DNA of 64,000 nt from Dehalococcoidia bacterium (GCA_963665775.2 CAXXTF010000002.1:1120001-1184000); one strand, 5' to 3'; counted from the stretch's first letter, positions 10,080 through 19,528 are shown. The notes: a model not told the origin generated them from the sequence alone. Numbers and translations are program-made.

Positions 10080-10249
10080 CCCTCAGCGCCCACGCTAGGC
10101 TGACGCTGGGCAGCACAACAGGGGAACCGCCGTCGTCCCTGGGCCAGCTGACCGTTCACTGCCACTTGACGCTGGCGATATAAATCCTTAAGCTCTTGTA
10201 TGTCTCCTATAGACACAGTCGATAATGCCGTACTCTGGAGGCTTCCTTT

Positions 10250-11152
10250 TTGGACTTCGGGCAGGTTCAGGCCTTCGTGCAGGTGGCCGCCCACAACTCT
10301 TTCAGCAGAGCGGCGGAGGTCCTTCAGCTGACACAGCCATCCATCACGGCCCGCATTCAGACCATGGAACGCGAGCTCGGTGAGGAGCTGTTCGAACGGG
10401 GTGGCCGCGGGGTGCGGTTGACCGACGCGGGACGGACATATCACCCTTATGCGGAGCGGATCCTCCGGACGCTACAGGAGGGCCGCGATGCCCTGGAGGA
10501 GGTGGGAACCCTCCGGCTAGGTTCCCTTCGCCTCGGCTCGGCGCTGACCATCTCTACATACGTCCTGCCCAGGATTCTCCACACCTTCCGTCAGCGCTAT
10601 CCAGGTGTCGATGTTGTCATCCGGACCGGCCGCTCCGAGCAGGTGCTGAGCATGCTCCAGGCTGACGAGATCCAGATAGGACTGGTTCGCGCCCTCTCTC
10701 ACCCAGACCTAGAGACAGTCCACCTTTACAACGATGAGATCGCCCTAATCGCCTACCCCGAACACCCGTTCGCCGGCGGCCCCAGAATCAGCGTGGAAGA
10801 TCTGGCAAGCCAGCCCTTAATCCTCTTCGACCGAGGCTCTTCCTATTACGGACTTATTCACAACCTCTTCCGCCAGGCAGGCGTCATTCCCAATGTGGCC
10901 ATGGAGTTGGACTCCCTGGAAGCGACGAAGCGCATGGTGGAGGAGGAGCTGGGCATCGCGCTAGTGCCTCTCGTCACCGTCGAGCGGGAGCTGGCAGCGG
11001 GAACCCTGGTAAGGGTGGATATGAGCGATGCGGAGCCGCTTGAGCACCCCATCGCCCTCATCTCCCGTCGCAACCGCAAACGGCCGCGAACCGTTCAGGC
11101 GTTCGTGGACACCTTAGCCGAGATGTACGCCCCGAGCTTGCCCGTAGGGTAG
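10250..11152 (+). CDS. LysR-family transcriptional regulator
   Basis: N-terminal HTH SFSRAAEVLQLTQPSITARIQTMERELG plus substrate-binding domain; ATAG-N7-CGAT LysR-like box upstream. Confidence 0.93.
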   Translation: MDFGQVQAFVQVAAHNSFSRAAEVLQLTQPSITARIQTMERELGEELFERGGRGVRLTDAGRTYHPYAERILRTLQEGRDALEEVGTLRLGSLRLGSALTISTYVLPRILHTFRQRYPGVDVVIRTGRSEQVLSMLQADEIQIGLVRALSHPDLETVHLYNDEIALIAYPEHPFAGGPRISVEDLASQPLILFDRGSSYYGLIHNLFRQAGVIPNVAMELDSLEATKRMVEEELGIALVPLVTVERELAAGTLVRVDMSDAEPLEHPIALISRRNRKRPRTVQAFVDTLAEMYAPSLPVG

Positions 11153-11202
11153 GTGGTCCCCAGCGTTCCACCCTCTACTTCTGTCTATCACCGCTTGCGG
11201 AT

Positions 11203-11931
11203 TCAGCGTTTTTGCTTCTCCGCCTGAACTCGATCGCGCAGCCGTTTGAGGGCGCGGAAGACGGCGACGCGCACATGACTCGCGGTCATACCCATGACCT
11301 GAGCGATCTCTCCATGCGTTAGCCCCGCTTCGAACTTGAGGGACAGGATCTCCTGGTCACGGTTGATCAGCGTGCGAAAGTGGCGCATGAGCTCGGCAAT
11401 CTCTTCGTCTTGAACTGCCTGTTCCGCGGGATCCGGGGGCCGATCCGCTAGCCAGACGGACTCTTTGGCCCGATCCATTGTGTTGAGCTCTCGCTTGCGC
11501 CTACGGAAGGAGCCCACAACCACGTTCCTGGCGATTGCGAACAGCCAGGCGCCATAGGCCCCCGCTTCCCTCAGGCTATGACCCTTGGCGTAAGCCCGCT
11601 CGAAGATCTCGGCAGTGAGGTCTTTGGTCAACTCCACGTTGTTGACACGGCTGTACACGAAGGCGAACACCCTAGTGTAATAGCTCTCGTATAGCTCCGT
11701 GAAGACCGAGTCATAGTCCTTCTTGCCCGTCATCTGGGCCTGCCTGACTTGCGAAGCCCTCCCCCGTTTCGATGGCCATCTCCCCTCAGCCATTTCTCGT
11801 GCTTCCATGCCCAGGAGGAGGATCTTCGCCAGCCGGACCGCGACGTTCAGGACGGCCTGGGGAAGATCCTCCTCCTGGGCATGGAAGAGTCGCACCGCCA
11901 GCTGCCGCAGGTGCCCTGTATCTACCGACAC
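11203..11931 (-). CDS. ECF sigma-70 factor (start uncertain: 11931, 11793 or 11733)
   Basis: Region 2 FTELYESY...DLTAEIFERAY...AWLFAIARN; region 4 EILSLKFEAGLTHGEIAQVMG...RALKRLR. Confidence 0.88.
   Translation of the reverse strand: MSVDTGHLRQLAVRLFHAQEEDLPQAVLNVAVRLAKILLLGMEAREMAEGRWPSKRGRASQVRQAQMTGKKDYDSVFTELYESYYTRVFAFVYSRVNNVELTKDLTAEIFERAYAKGHSLREAGAYGAWLFAIARNVVVGSFRRRKRELNTMDRAKESVWLADRPPDPAEQAVQDEEIAELMRHFRTLINRDQEILSLKFEAGLTHGEIAQVMGMTASHVRVAVFRALKRLRDRVQAEKQKR
11802..11887. repeat. Perfect 26-bp inverted repeat with 34-nt spacer
   Basis: CTTCCATGCCCAGGAGGAGGATCTTC (11802-11827) is the exact reverse complement of 11862-11887. Confidence 0.95.
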
Positions 11932-12095
11932 CCCGTTCTCTCACATCAGGTCACAATGGCATGCAAGCACGAACCTTGACTATAGCGGAAAGACGGAGGC
12001 AGCAAACGTGATATCTGTGAAGGATGCCGTGAAGCTTATCGCTTCACGGGGCCTATGGCAGGAGGAACAGGGCTGGGCAGCGCTTCGGCAGGCTG

Positions 12096-12950
12096 CTAGG
12101 GGCGCCGGCCGGTGGCCCAGATCTCTTTCAGTATCTCCAGGTTCTCGCGGTCGGGACCCTGCTTGGCGAATCCTGGCACCTCTAGGAGGAAGGGCACGTC
12201 CGCGAAGGCCGCGTGGGCCATGATCTTCTCGAAGCCGCCGCGGCCGATGTGACCCTGGCCAATGTTCTCGTGCCGGTCGACGCCACCGCCCAGCGGACAC
12301 TTGGAGTCATTGGCGTGAACGGCTACCAGCCTCTCCAGGCCGATCTCCCTATCGAACTCCGCCATGGCGGCTTCCAGCCCGGCCTGGGACTTCAGATCGT
12401 AGCCGGAGGCGAAGGCGTGCTGGGTATCCAGGCAAACCTTGACCCGCGGGCTACCGGCCTCCCGTATAATGGCGGCCAGCTCGCCGAACTTCGAGCCGAT
12501 GGCGTCGCCCATGCCGGCGCTGTTCTCCAGGATGAGCCAGACCTCCTCTGGCGTGGCCGCGATGATCCCGCGGACGGACTCCACAACCTGACCAAACACC
12601 TCATCGTAGCCCCTACCACGGTGGCTACCGATGTGGAAGATAACGCCCGTAGCGCCCAGCAGGTGACAGACCTTCATGTCGTGGACGAGGGCCTCGCGGG
12701 ACTTGGCCAGGTTCTCCGGGTTGCCAGTGGCCAGGTTCACCAGATACACGCCGTGGAGGAAGGTGGGGGAGATGCCGGTCTCCTCCACCCTGGCCGCATA
12801 GGCCTGCACCTCGTCCGGCTTGTACTCCTTACGACGCCAGGCCTGAGGGGCACCGCTGAAGATCTGAACCGCTTCCGCGCCTATCTCCTGCGCGCGACCG
12901 ATGGCCTTATCGACCCCGCCAGAGGCGGAGACGTGAGCCCCTATCTTCAT
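12096..12950 (-). CDS. nfo: Endonuclease IV (AP endonuclease)
   Basis: IGAHVS, HGVYLVNLA, FHIGS, LENSAG, CLDTQH, HANDSK...DRHENIGQG, LE.P zinc ligands. Confidence 0.94.
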   Translation of the reverse strand: MKIGAHVSASGGVDKAIGRAQEIGAEAVQIFSGAPQAWRRKEYKPDEVQAYAARVEETGISPTFLHGVYLVNLATGNPENLAKSREALVHDMKVCHLLGATGVIFHIGSHRGRGYDEVFGQVVESVRGIIAATPEEVWLILENSAGMGDAIGSKFGELAAIIREAGSPRVKVCLDTQHAFASGYDLKSQAGLEAAMAEFDREIGLERLVAVHANDSKCPLGGGVDRHENIGQGHIGRGGFEKIMAHAAFADVPFLLEVPGFAKQGPDRENLEILKEIWATGRRP

Positions 12951-13270
12951 CGTCGTCTCCTGGCCAGGGATGGGGTTCGGGCCAGAAGGCCGCGAGCCCA
13001 GGGGAGAAATACTTTATCCTGCACAGCTTCAACCGCCTCCTCGTCTGTCAGGCCGAAGCCGGCCCGCACCGTCGCTATCCCCATCCCCAGGTCGACTTCC
13101 GCCGACGCCGCACCGGGCAGCCCGTCCAGGGCCGCTCTCACGCGACGCGCTCATAAGCCACATATCATCCCCCGCACCTGAAGGCGAAGGGTCTGCCCTT
13201 TCTCATCGGACTCCAGGGATATCACCTGGGCTTCCGGGAAGACGAACAGATTACGGAGCCTGATGGACAT
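12947..13270 (-). CDS. HMA-domain (CopZ/MerP-like) protein with putative selenocysteine (GMICGLU)
   Basis: ATG 13270 with GGAGG RBS and TGgTATAAT promoter. In-frame TGA 13153-13151 sits at the second Cys of GMxCxxC. The frame continues ARRVRAALDGLPGAASAEVDL, and a stem-loop follows the UGA. Confidence 0.8.
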
Positions 13271-13454
13271 CAGCACCTCCAGTGGACCAATTATACCAAG
13301 TCTGATGCCCTAGGTCTCACAAAGGGCCCGCCTCTGACCGCCTGCTTGAGATCAATCGTGGCAGGGGCAGGATGGCAGCTACCTGAACGCTGGACTGGCT
13401 ACGTCTGGCAGCGGTAAAATGTTGATAGGATGTCGTCCCACACACGAGGTTGCT

Positions 13455-13871
13455 ATGTCCAATAGGCTCCAAAAGGAGGTTGAGGAGCTGCTGACCAAGC
13501 TGGACACCTTCCCACCCAAACGTCCCATCTGGGTCCGGGTTCGGGATACGTTCACCAGCCCCTTCAGGAGCACCGGTCGCTGGCTGCGCGATATGCGTCT
13601 GCCCCGCGTCTCTCCCGGTCATATCCTCCTGACCGCGATCGTGGTCATCATCGTCGCCTGGGTCGCCAAGCCGGGTGGCGACTCTATCGCCCGCTACCTC
13701 ATCGTAGCGGGGATCGTCCTCTTCATCGGCGCCTTCGTCCTCTCCCTGCGACACCAATCCCAGACCCACACGCCGCAGAAGCGGTGGCGCGGCCAGCCCA
13801 TGGATCTGAGCAGCCCCACAGCAGGTACCCGCCTGCGTTCCTGGTGGAGCCGCCGGCGTAGCCGCCGCTAG
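13455..13871 (+). CDS. Small two-TM membrane protein
   Basis: GAGG RBS; MSNRLQKEVEELL; two hydrophobic helices; basic tail. Confidence 0.7.
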   Translation: MSNRLQKEVEELLTKLDTFPPKRPIWVRVRDTFTSPFRSTGRWLRDMRLPRVSPGHILLTAIVVIIVAWVAKPGGDSIARYLIVAGIVLFIGAFVLSLRHQSQTHTPQKRWRGQPMDLSSPTAGTRLRSWWSRRRSRR

Positions 13872-13878
13872 CAAAGCC

Positions 13879-15201
13879 GTGGCTGCTCCTAGACCCTGGC
13901 TCCCGCTCCTGGCCACAGCGGTGACGCTCCTGGTGCTAGCCTGCAACGGCAACGGCACATCTCCCTCGGCAACCCCCTCACCATCAGCGACGCCCTCCCC
14001 CACCCTCACCCCTAGCCAGTCACCCGGCCGTGGCAACACCAGCGAAGGCCAGCAGTTTGACGGCGAGGCTGCGTTGGCCCACATACGAGCCCTGGCCGTG
14101 GAGATCGGCTCCCGTCGCAGCGGCAGCGAGGCGGAGGCCGCCGCAGCCAAGTACATCCACGAGCAGCTAGACGGATACGGCTACGACACGACCTTACAGG
14201 AGTTTAGCTTCGACGCCTTCTTCGACATCGGGACGACCCTACAGGTGACCTCGCCGGACCAGCAAGCGATCGACGCTGTCCCCCTCGAGCCGAGCATCAG
14301 CGGCCTCGCCGAGGAGCATCTCGTGGCCGCCGGGCTGGGCCGTCCGCAAGAGTTCCCTACGGAGACGGCCGGCAAGATCGCCCTCATAGAGCGGGGCGAC
14401 ATCTTCTTCAGCGATAAGGGGATCAACGCCGCCGCGGCGGGGGCCGTAGCCGCTATCATCTTTAACGACGAGCCGGGCCCCTTTGCGGGAACCTTACGGG
14501 ACGACGTTACCATTCCAATCGTGGGCATCTCTCGGGAGGACGGCCGGAGGCTCCTCACCCTACTCGGCTCGGGTCCCGTTTTCGTGCGCCTGGACGTGCT
14601 GACCGATTCCGGCTCCCAGCCTTAGCAAAACGTTGTAGCGAAGCCGCCAGGAGGCCAGTGCCAGGTCATCGTGGGTGGGCACTACGATTCGGTGCCGGCC
14701 GGGCCGGGTGCCAACGATAATGCCTCGGGAACGGCGACGGCGCTGGAGATCGCCAGCGTGCTGGCCGCCGACGGCGAGCTCGATGACGTCTGCTTCGTCC
14801 TCTTCGGGGCCGAGGAGGTCGGCCTCATAGGAAGCGGCGCGTTCGTCAGGTCACTCTCCCCGGACGAACGGAGTGACGTACAGGGCATGCTCAACTTCGA
14901 CATGGTGGGGGCGGGAACCGACTGGCTTCTGTCAGGCTCCGATGAGCTACGCGATCTGGCCGCGGCGGAAGCGGATCGTCTGGGCCTGGTGTACCAGACT
15001 TCCGGCGGTTTGCCGGCCGGGGCAGGCAGCGACCACGCCCCCTTCATCCAGGCGGGCATTCCGGCCATCATCTTCCACCGGCTGGGCGATCCCCACTACC
15101 ACACGAACGAAGATACGGCGGGGTTCATTCAGGTGAACTTTCTCGAGGAGATCGGCACCCTGGGCCTCGCCGTCCTTGACGCGCTGCTGATGGGACGGTA
15201 G
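13879..15201 (+). pseudogene. M28 aminopeptidase lipoprotein with PA domain, split by one in-frame TAG (14623-14625)
   Basis: Lipobox VLAC, PA domain (GKIALIERG), then SQP*QNVVA...GGHYDSV..GPGANDNASG, FGAEEVGLIGS, NFDMVG, SDHAPF, YHT, all in one frame. Confidence 0.85.
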
Positions 15202-15248
15202 AGGTTGCCCCCGTCACGCTATTGGGTTACGATGCGGCCGAGACTGCC

Positions 15249-15650
15249 ATGATCCCCCGCATACGGTTGACCACCGCTGGTCTCGCTCTACTGCTGGCGC
15301 TGGCCACGCTAGCCGCCTGTGGTGACGACGGTGAGCCGACCACGCTCCGCCCGGACGGCCAGTTGACGGATCCGGGCAGCGTCGCCACAGCCACCCCGTG
15401 GACCGTGCCGCCGGATGTGATCATCCTGGAGCCGGGGGCTCAGTCAACACCGGAGCCGAGCAACGGCGGCAACGGAGGTAACGGCGGTGTCACACCGGGA
15501 GTGTGCGGCGACACCTACGTCGTAGAGCCGAATGACAACCCGAGCCTCATCGCGGAGAAGTGCGGCGTGGACATAGACGAACTGATGCGGATCAACAGCA
15601 TCGATGACCCCACGACGCTACAGATTGGCCAAGAGCTCATCCTGCCTTAG
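15249..15650 (+). CDS. LysM-domain lipoprotein
   Basis: Lipobox LAAC; C-terminal YVVEPND..IAEK.GV..DELMRINSI....LQIGQELILP. Confidence 0.88.
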   Translation: MIPRIRLTTAGLALLLALATLAACGDDGEPTTLRPDGQLTDPGSVATATPWTVPPDVIILEPGAQSTPEPSNGGNGGNGGVTPGVCGDTYVVEPNDNPSLIAEKCGVDIDELMRINSIDDPTTLQIGQELILP

Positions 15651-15669
15651 AGGGAAGACCGGTGGGGAA

Positions 15670-15732
15670 TTGCGAAAGTTTTCACTAAAGGGCCTCGACT
15701 GCCTTGCGTAATCAACGAAGGGATGCTACCAT
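15670..15732 (+). promoter_or_regulatory. Rex-like operator followed by sigma70 promoter of the carboxyltransferase operon
   Basis: TTGCGAA-AGTT-TTCACTA (15670-15687) vs Rex consensus TTGTGAA-N4-TTCACAA; TTGCGT-17-TACCAT (15704-15732). Confidence 0.55.
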
Positions 15733-15765
15733 CGGGCCGGCAATAGACAGTCGCTATCACATATC

Positions 15766-15911
15766 GCACGAGCTATAGACCTCTCATGGCCATCGACGAG
15801 AAGCGCACGGAGAATCGACTCTCAGAGCTAGAGCGTCTGCACGAGCTATAGACCTCTCATGGCCATCGACGAGAAGCGCACGGAGAATCGACTCTCAGAG
15901 CTAGAGCGTCT
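15766..15911 (+). repeat. Perfect 73-bp tandem duplication spanning the start of the carboxyltransferase gene
   Basis: 15766-15838 is identical to 15839-15911. Confidence 0.95.
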
Positions 15912-17424
15912 GAAGGAGTCGGCCCAGCTCGGCGGCGGCAAGGAGCGCATCGAGGCGCAACACGGCCGCGGCAAGCTGACGGCCCGCGAACGTCTTAACA
16001 TCCTGATGGACGAGGGCTCCTTCGAGGAGTTGGACTCCCTGGTCACTCACCGGTCCCACGAGTTCGGTCTGGAGAGGCAGAAATGCTACGGCGACGCCGT
16101 AGTAACCGGCTACGGAATGGTCGAAGGCCGGCTGGTTTACGTCTTCGCTCAGGACTTTACTGTCTTCGGCGGCTCCCTGTCCGAAGCGGTGGCGGAGAAG
16201 ATATGCAAGGTGATGGACTTTGCGGTCAAGAACGGGGCCCCGATCGTCGGCCTCAACGACTCGGGCGGAGCCCGCATCCAGGAGGGCGTGGTGTCACTGA
16301 AGGGGTACGGCGACATCTTCCAGCGCAACGTCCTGTCCTCCGGTGTAATCCCTCAGATCTCAGTCATCATGGGGCCCTGTGCCGGCGGCGCCGTCTACTC
16401 CCCGGCCATTACGGACTTTGTCTTAATGACATCGGCCAATAGCCAGATGTACATCACCGGGCCGGACGTGATCCGCGCCGTAACCCAGGAAGAGGTGACG
16501 CACGACGATCTGGGCGGATCACTGGTGCACAGTACAAAGAGCGGCGTCGCTCACTTCGCCATCGATGGTGAGGAGGAGTGTCTGAACGAGGTACGCCGCC
16601 TGCTCTCGTTCCTCCCTCCCAACAACATGGAGGACCCGCCTATCAGCGAGCCGGCGGACGAGCCCGATCGTCGCTGTGACGAGCTACGGGGCCTCGTGCC
16701 AGAGGACCCCAGCAAGCCCTACGACATGCGGGAGATGATCTACACTATCGCGGACGATGGCGACTTCATGGAGGTGCACGCTTCCTGGGCTCGCAGCATC
16801 GTCGTCGGTTTCGCCCGCCTGAACGGCCGCCCCGTGGGGATCGTCGCCAACAACCCCGCGGTGATCGCCGGCGTCCTAGATGTCAACTCCTCCCGGAAGG
16901 CCGCCCGCTTCGTACGTTTCTGTGACAGCTTCAACGTTCCCATCGTCACTCTAGCTGACGTGCCGGGCTATCTGCCCGGCACTGAGCAGGAGTACAGCGG
17001 GATCATCACCCACGGCGCCAAGCTCATCTTCGCCTACAGTGAGGCGACGGTACCCAAGGTCACCGTCATCGTTCGCAAGGCCTACGGCGGCGCCTATATA
17101 GTCATGGGCTCCAAGCACCTAAGGGCCGATATCAACTACGCCTGGCCCTCAGCCGAGGTCGCGGTCATGGGCCCAGACGGCGCCGTCAACATCATCTTCC
17201 GCCGGGAGATCGAGGCGGCGGAAGACCGCGAGGCCAGACGGCAAGAGCTGGTCGAGGAGTATCGCCAGAACCTGGCGAACCCGTACGTCAGCGCCTCCCG
17301 CGGCTTCATCGACGACGTGATCGACCCCAGGGACACGCGGATCAAGATCATCCGCGCCCTAGAGATGCTTCAGAACAAAACGGACAGCAATCCGCCCAAG
17401 AAGCATGGCAACATCCCGCTATGA
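15859..17424 (+). CDS. Acyl-CoA carboxyltransferase beta (PccB/MmdA/transcarboxylase 12S-like)
   Basis: GKLTARER, DSGGARIQEG, GPCAGGAVYSPA, RKAYGGAY, KKHGNIPL. Confidence 0.93.
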   Translation: MAIDEKRTENRLSELERLKESAQLGGGKERIEAQHGRGKLTARERLNILMDEGSFEELDSLVTHRSHEFGLERQKCYGDAVVTGYGMVEGRLVYVFAQDFTVFGGSLSEAVAEKICKVMDFAVKNGAPIVGLNDSGGARIQEGVVSLKGYGDIFQRNVLSSGVIPQISVIMGPCAGGAVYSPAITDFVLMTSANSQMYITGPDVIRAVTQEEVTHDDLGGSLVHSTKSGVAHFAIDGEEECLNEVRRLLSFLPPNNMEDPPISEPADEPDRRCDELRGLVPEDPSKPYDMREMIYTIADDGDFMEVHASWARSIVVGFARLNGRPVGIVANNPAVIAGVLDVNSSRKAARFVRFCDSFNVPIVTLADVPGYLPGTEQEYSGIITHGAKLIFAYSEATVPKVTVIVRKAYGGAYIVMGSKHLRADINYAWPSAEVAVMGPDGAVNIIFRREIEAAEDREARRQELVEEYRQNLANPYVSASRGFIDDVIDPRDTRIKIIRALEMLQNKTDSNPPKKHGNIPL

Positions 17425-17501
17425 CTGGTTCAGCGTCAGGGGGAGGGCTGACGGCGCTCTTCCGGACCCCAGGCCTCTGACCCGGGCGGCGTAAGACGAT
17501 T

Positions 17502-18974
17502 ATGGGGATCAAAATCACCGACACGACACTCCGCGATGCCCACCAGTCGCTGCTGGCGACGCGGATGCGCACCGAGGACATGTTGCCCATCGCCCCGGAG
17601 ATGGACGAGGCGGGGTTTCACAGCGTGGAGGTCTGGGGCGGCGCTACCTTCGACACGGCGATACGCTTCCTGCGGGAGGACCCCTGGGAGCGGCTGCGGG
17701 AGCTGAAGAAGCGGTTCAAGAAGACCCCTCTTCAGATGCTCCTGCGGGGCCAGAACGTCGTGGGCTACCGCCACTATGCTGACGACGTGGTGGAGAAGTT
17801 CGTGGAGCTCTCGGTCAAGAACGGCATGGACATCTTCCGCATCTTCGACGCCGTCAACGACCTGCGCAACCTGGAGACGGCGATCCGAGCCGTCAAACGG
17901 GCGGGTGGCCACGTCCAGGGCACCATCTGCTACACCGTCAGTCCCGTGCACACGGCGGATATGTTCGCCAAACAGGCCAAGGAGCTGGTGGAGATGGGGT
18001 CGGACTCCATCTGCCTCAAGGACATGGCAGGCCTCCTCCACCCGTTCGACGCCTACACCATCATCCGTAGCATGAAAAAGGTCGTAAACGTCCCCATCCA
18101 GCTCCACTGCCACTGCACGAGTGGCATGGCGGAGATGGCCTATGTGAAAGCCGTGGAGGCCGGTGTAGACATCATCGATTGCGCCCTCTCTACCATGTCG
18201 CAGGGGACGTCGCAGCCCCCCACGGAATCCCTCATCGCCACCTTCGAGGGGACAGATCACGACGGCGGCCTGGACCTCGAACAGTTGACCCACCTTGCCG
18301 ATTATTTCGTCGATGTCCGCAAGAAGTACGCCGCTTTCGAGGGAAATGTACGGGTGGACGCCGGAGTGCTGTCACACCAGGTGCCCGGCGGAATGATCTC
18401 CAACCTGGTATCGCAGCTGCGGGAGCAGGGAGCGCTGGACAAGCTCAAGGACGTACACGAGGAGATTCCCCGCGTGCGTGCGGACCTGGGCTACCCACCG
18501 CTCGTGACACCCACGAGCCAGATCGTGGGTAGCCAGGCCGTCCTCAACACCCTCTTCGGGCAGCGCTACAAACAGGTCACCAAAGAGACCCGCGCCTATG
18601 TCCTGGGACAGTACGGCAACTCTCCGGCACCGATAAGTGAAGAGATCCGCAAGATCATCGCCCCTGATGCTGAGCCCATCAGCGGGCGACCGGCTGACCA
18701 CATCGCGCCCGAGATGGAGCAGGCCGCTCAGGAGCTGGGAGCGCTGGCCAGGAACGAGGAGGACACCGTCTCCTATGTTCTCTTCCCGCCCATCGTCCGC
18801 GAGTTCCTGGAGTGGCATGCGGGTGGGGCTAGCATCGAGCCAGATCTCGTGGCCGCCATCGCGACCGCCTTAACGCATAACCATCAGCCGGCCCAAGCGA
18901 CACCAGCGGCAGCACAGGACGGAGCCCGGAGCCCGTGGAGACTGGCCGGGCGCCAGAGGCTGCTGCGGGGGTAG
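17502..18974 (+). CDS. Pyruvate/oxaloacetate carboxyltransferase (transcarboxylase 5S/PycB/OadA-like, no biotin domain)
   Basis: LRDAHQSLLATRM, WGGATFD, LKDMAG, HCHCTSG, GYPPLVTPTSQIVG. Confidence 0.92.
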   Translation: MGIKITDTTLRDAHQSLLATRMRTEDMLPIAPEMDEAGFHSVEVWGGATFDTAIRFLREDPWERLRELKKRFKKTPLQMLLRGQNVVGYRHYADDVVEKFVELSVKNGMDIFRIFDAVNDLRNLETAIRAVKRAGGHVQGTICYTVSPVHTADMFAKQAKELVEMGSDSICLKDMAGLLHPFDAYTIIRSMKKVVNVPIQLHCHCTSGMAEMAYVKAVEAGVDIIDCALSTMSQGTSQPPTESLIATFEGTDHDGGLDLEQLTHLADYFVDVRKKYAAFEGNVRVDAGVLSHQVPGGMISNLVSQLREQGALDKLKDVHEEIPRVRADLGYPPLVTPTSQIVGSQAVLNTLFGQRYKQVTKETRAYVLGQYGNSPAPISEEIRKIIAPDAEPISGRPADHIAPEMEQAAQELGALARNEEDTVSYVLFPPIVREFLEWHAGGASIEPDLVAAIATALTHNHQPAQATPAAAQDGARSPWRLAGRQRLLRG

Positions 18975-18977
18975 CCC

Positions 18978-19487
18978 TTGAAGCTGACCATCCAGGGCGA
19001 GGAGTTCGAGGTCCAGCCGGGCGGCGATACCGTCACCGTCAGCGATAGGCAGTACACTGTCCGCGCGGCGCAGCAGGGCAATATCGTCACCGTCTATGTC
19101 AACGAGCGGCCCTTCCTGGTGCAGCTGCCCAGCCCGTTGGGACAGGGCAGTGCCATCAAGCTGCTGGTGGACGCCAAGGAGTACGAGGTGGAGGTCGAGG
19201 GCCGGGCCGCGTCTCCGCGTCCGAAGGCGCGGCCGGCCGGCCGGCGGCCAGAACCAGCGGGCGGTGCCGGTACCATCTTGGCCCAAATGACGGGGCGGGT
19301 CATCCGAGTGGACGTGCAGCCCGGTGACCATGTAGAGGCCGGAGCCACCTTGATCATCTTAGAGGCGATGAAGATGGAGAACGAGATCGCCGCGCCCGGG
19401 GCAGGGACGGTGACAGAGGTGGCAGTAGCCACCGGCTCCCGTGTCACGGAAGGGGACCTGCTGGTACGGCTAGACCTGGCCGAATAG
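18978..19487 (+). CDS. Biotin carboxyl carrier protein
   Basis: EAMKMENE biotinylation motif. Confidence 0.92.
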   Translation: MKLTIQGEEFEVQPGGDTVTVSDRQYTVRAAQQGNIVTVYVNERPFLVQLPSPLGQGSAIKLLVDAKEYEVEVEGRAASPRPKARPAGRRPEPAGGAGTILAQMTGRVIRVDVQPGDHVEAGATLIILEAMKMENEIAAPGAGTVTEVAVATGSRVTEGDLLVRLDLAE

Positions 19488-19528
19488 ACTGCGGACTCCG
19501 GAAGAAGGGGTTCGGATCGGTGGGTAAC

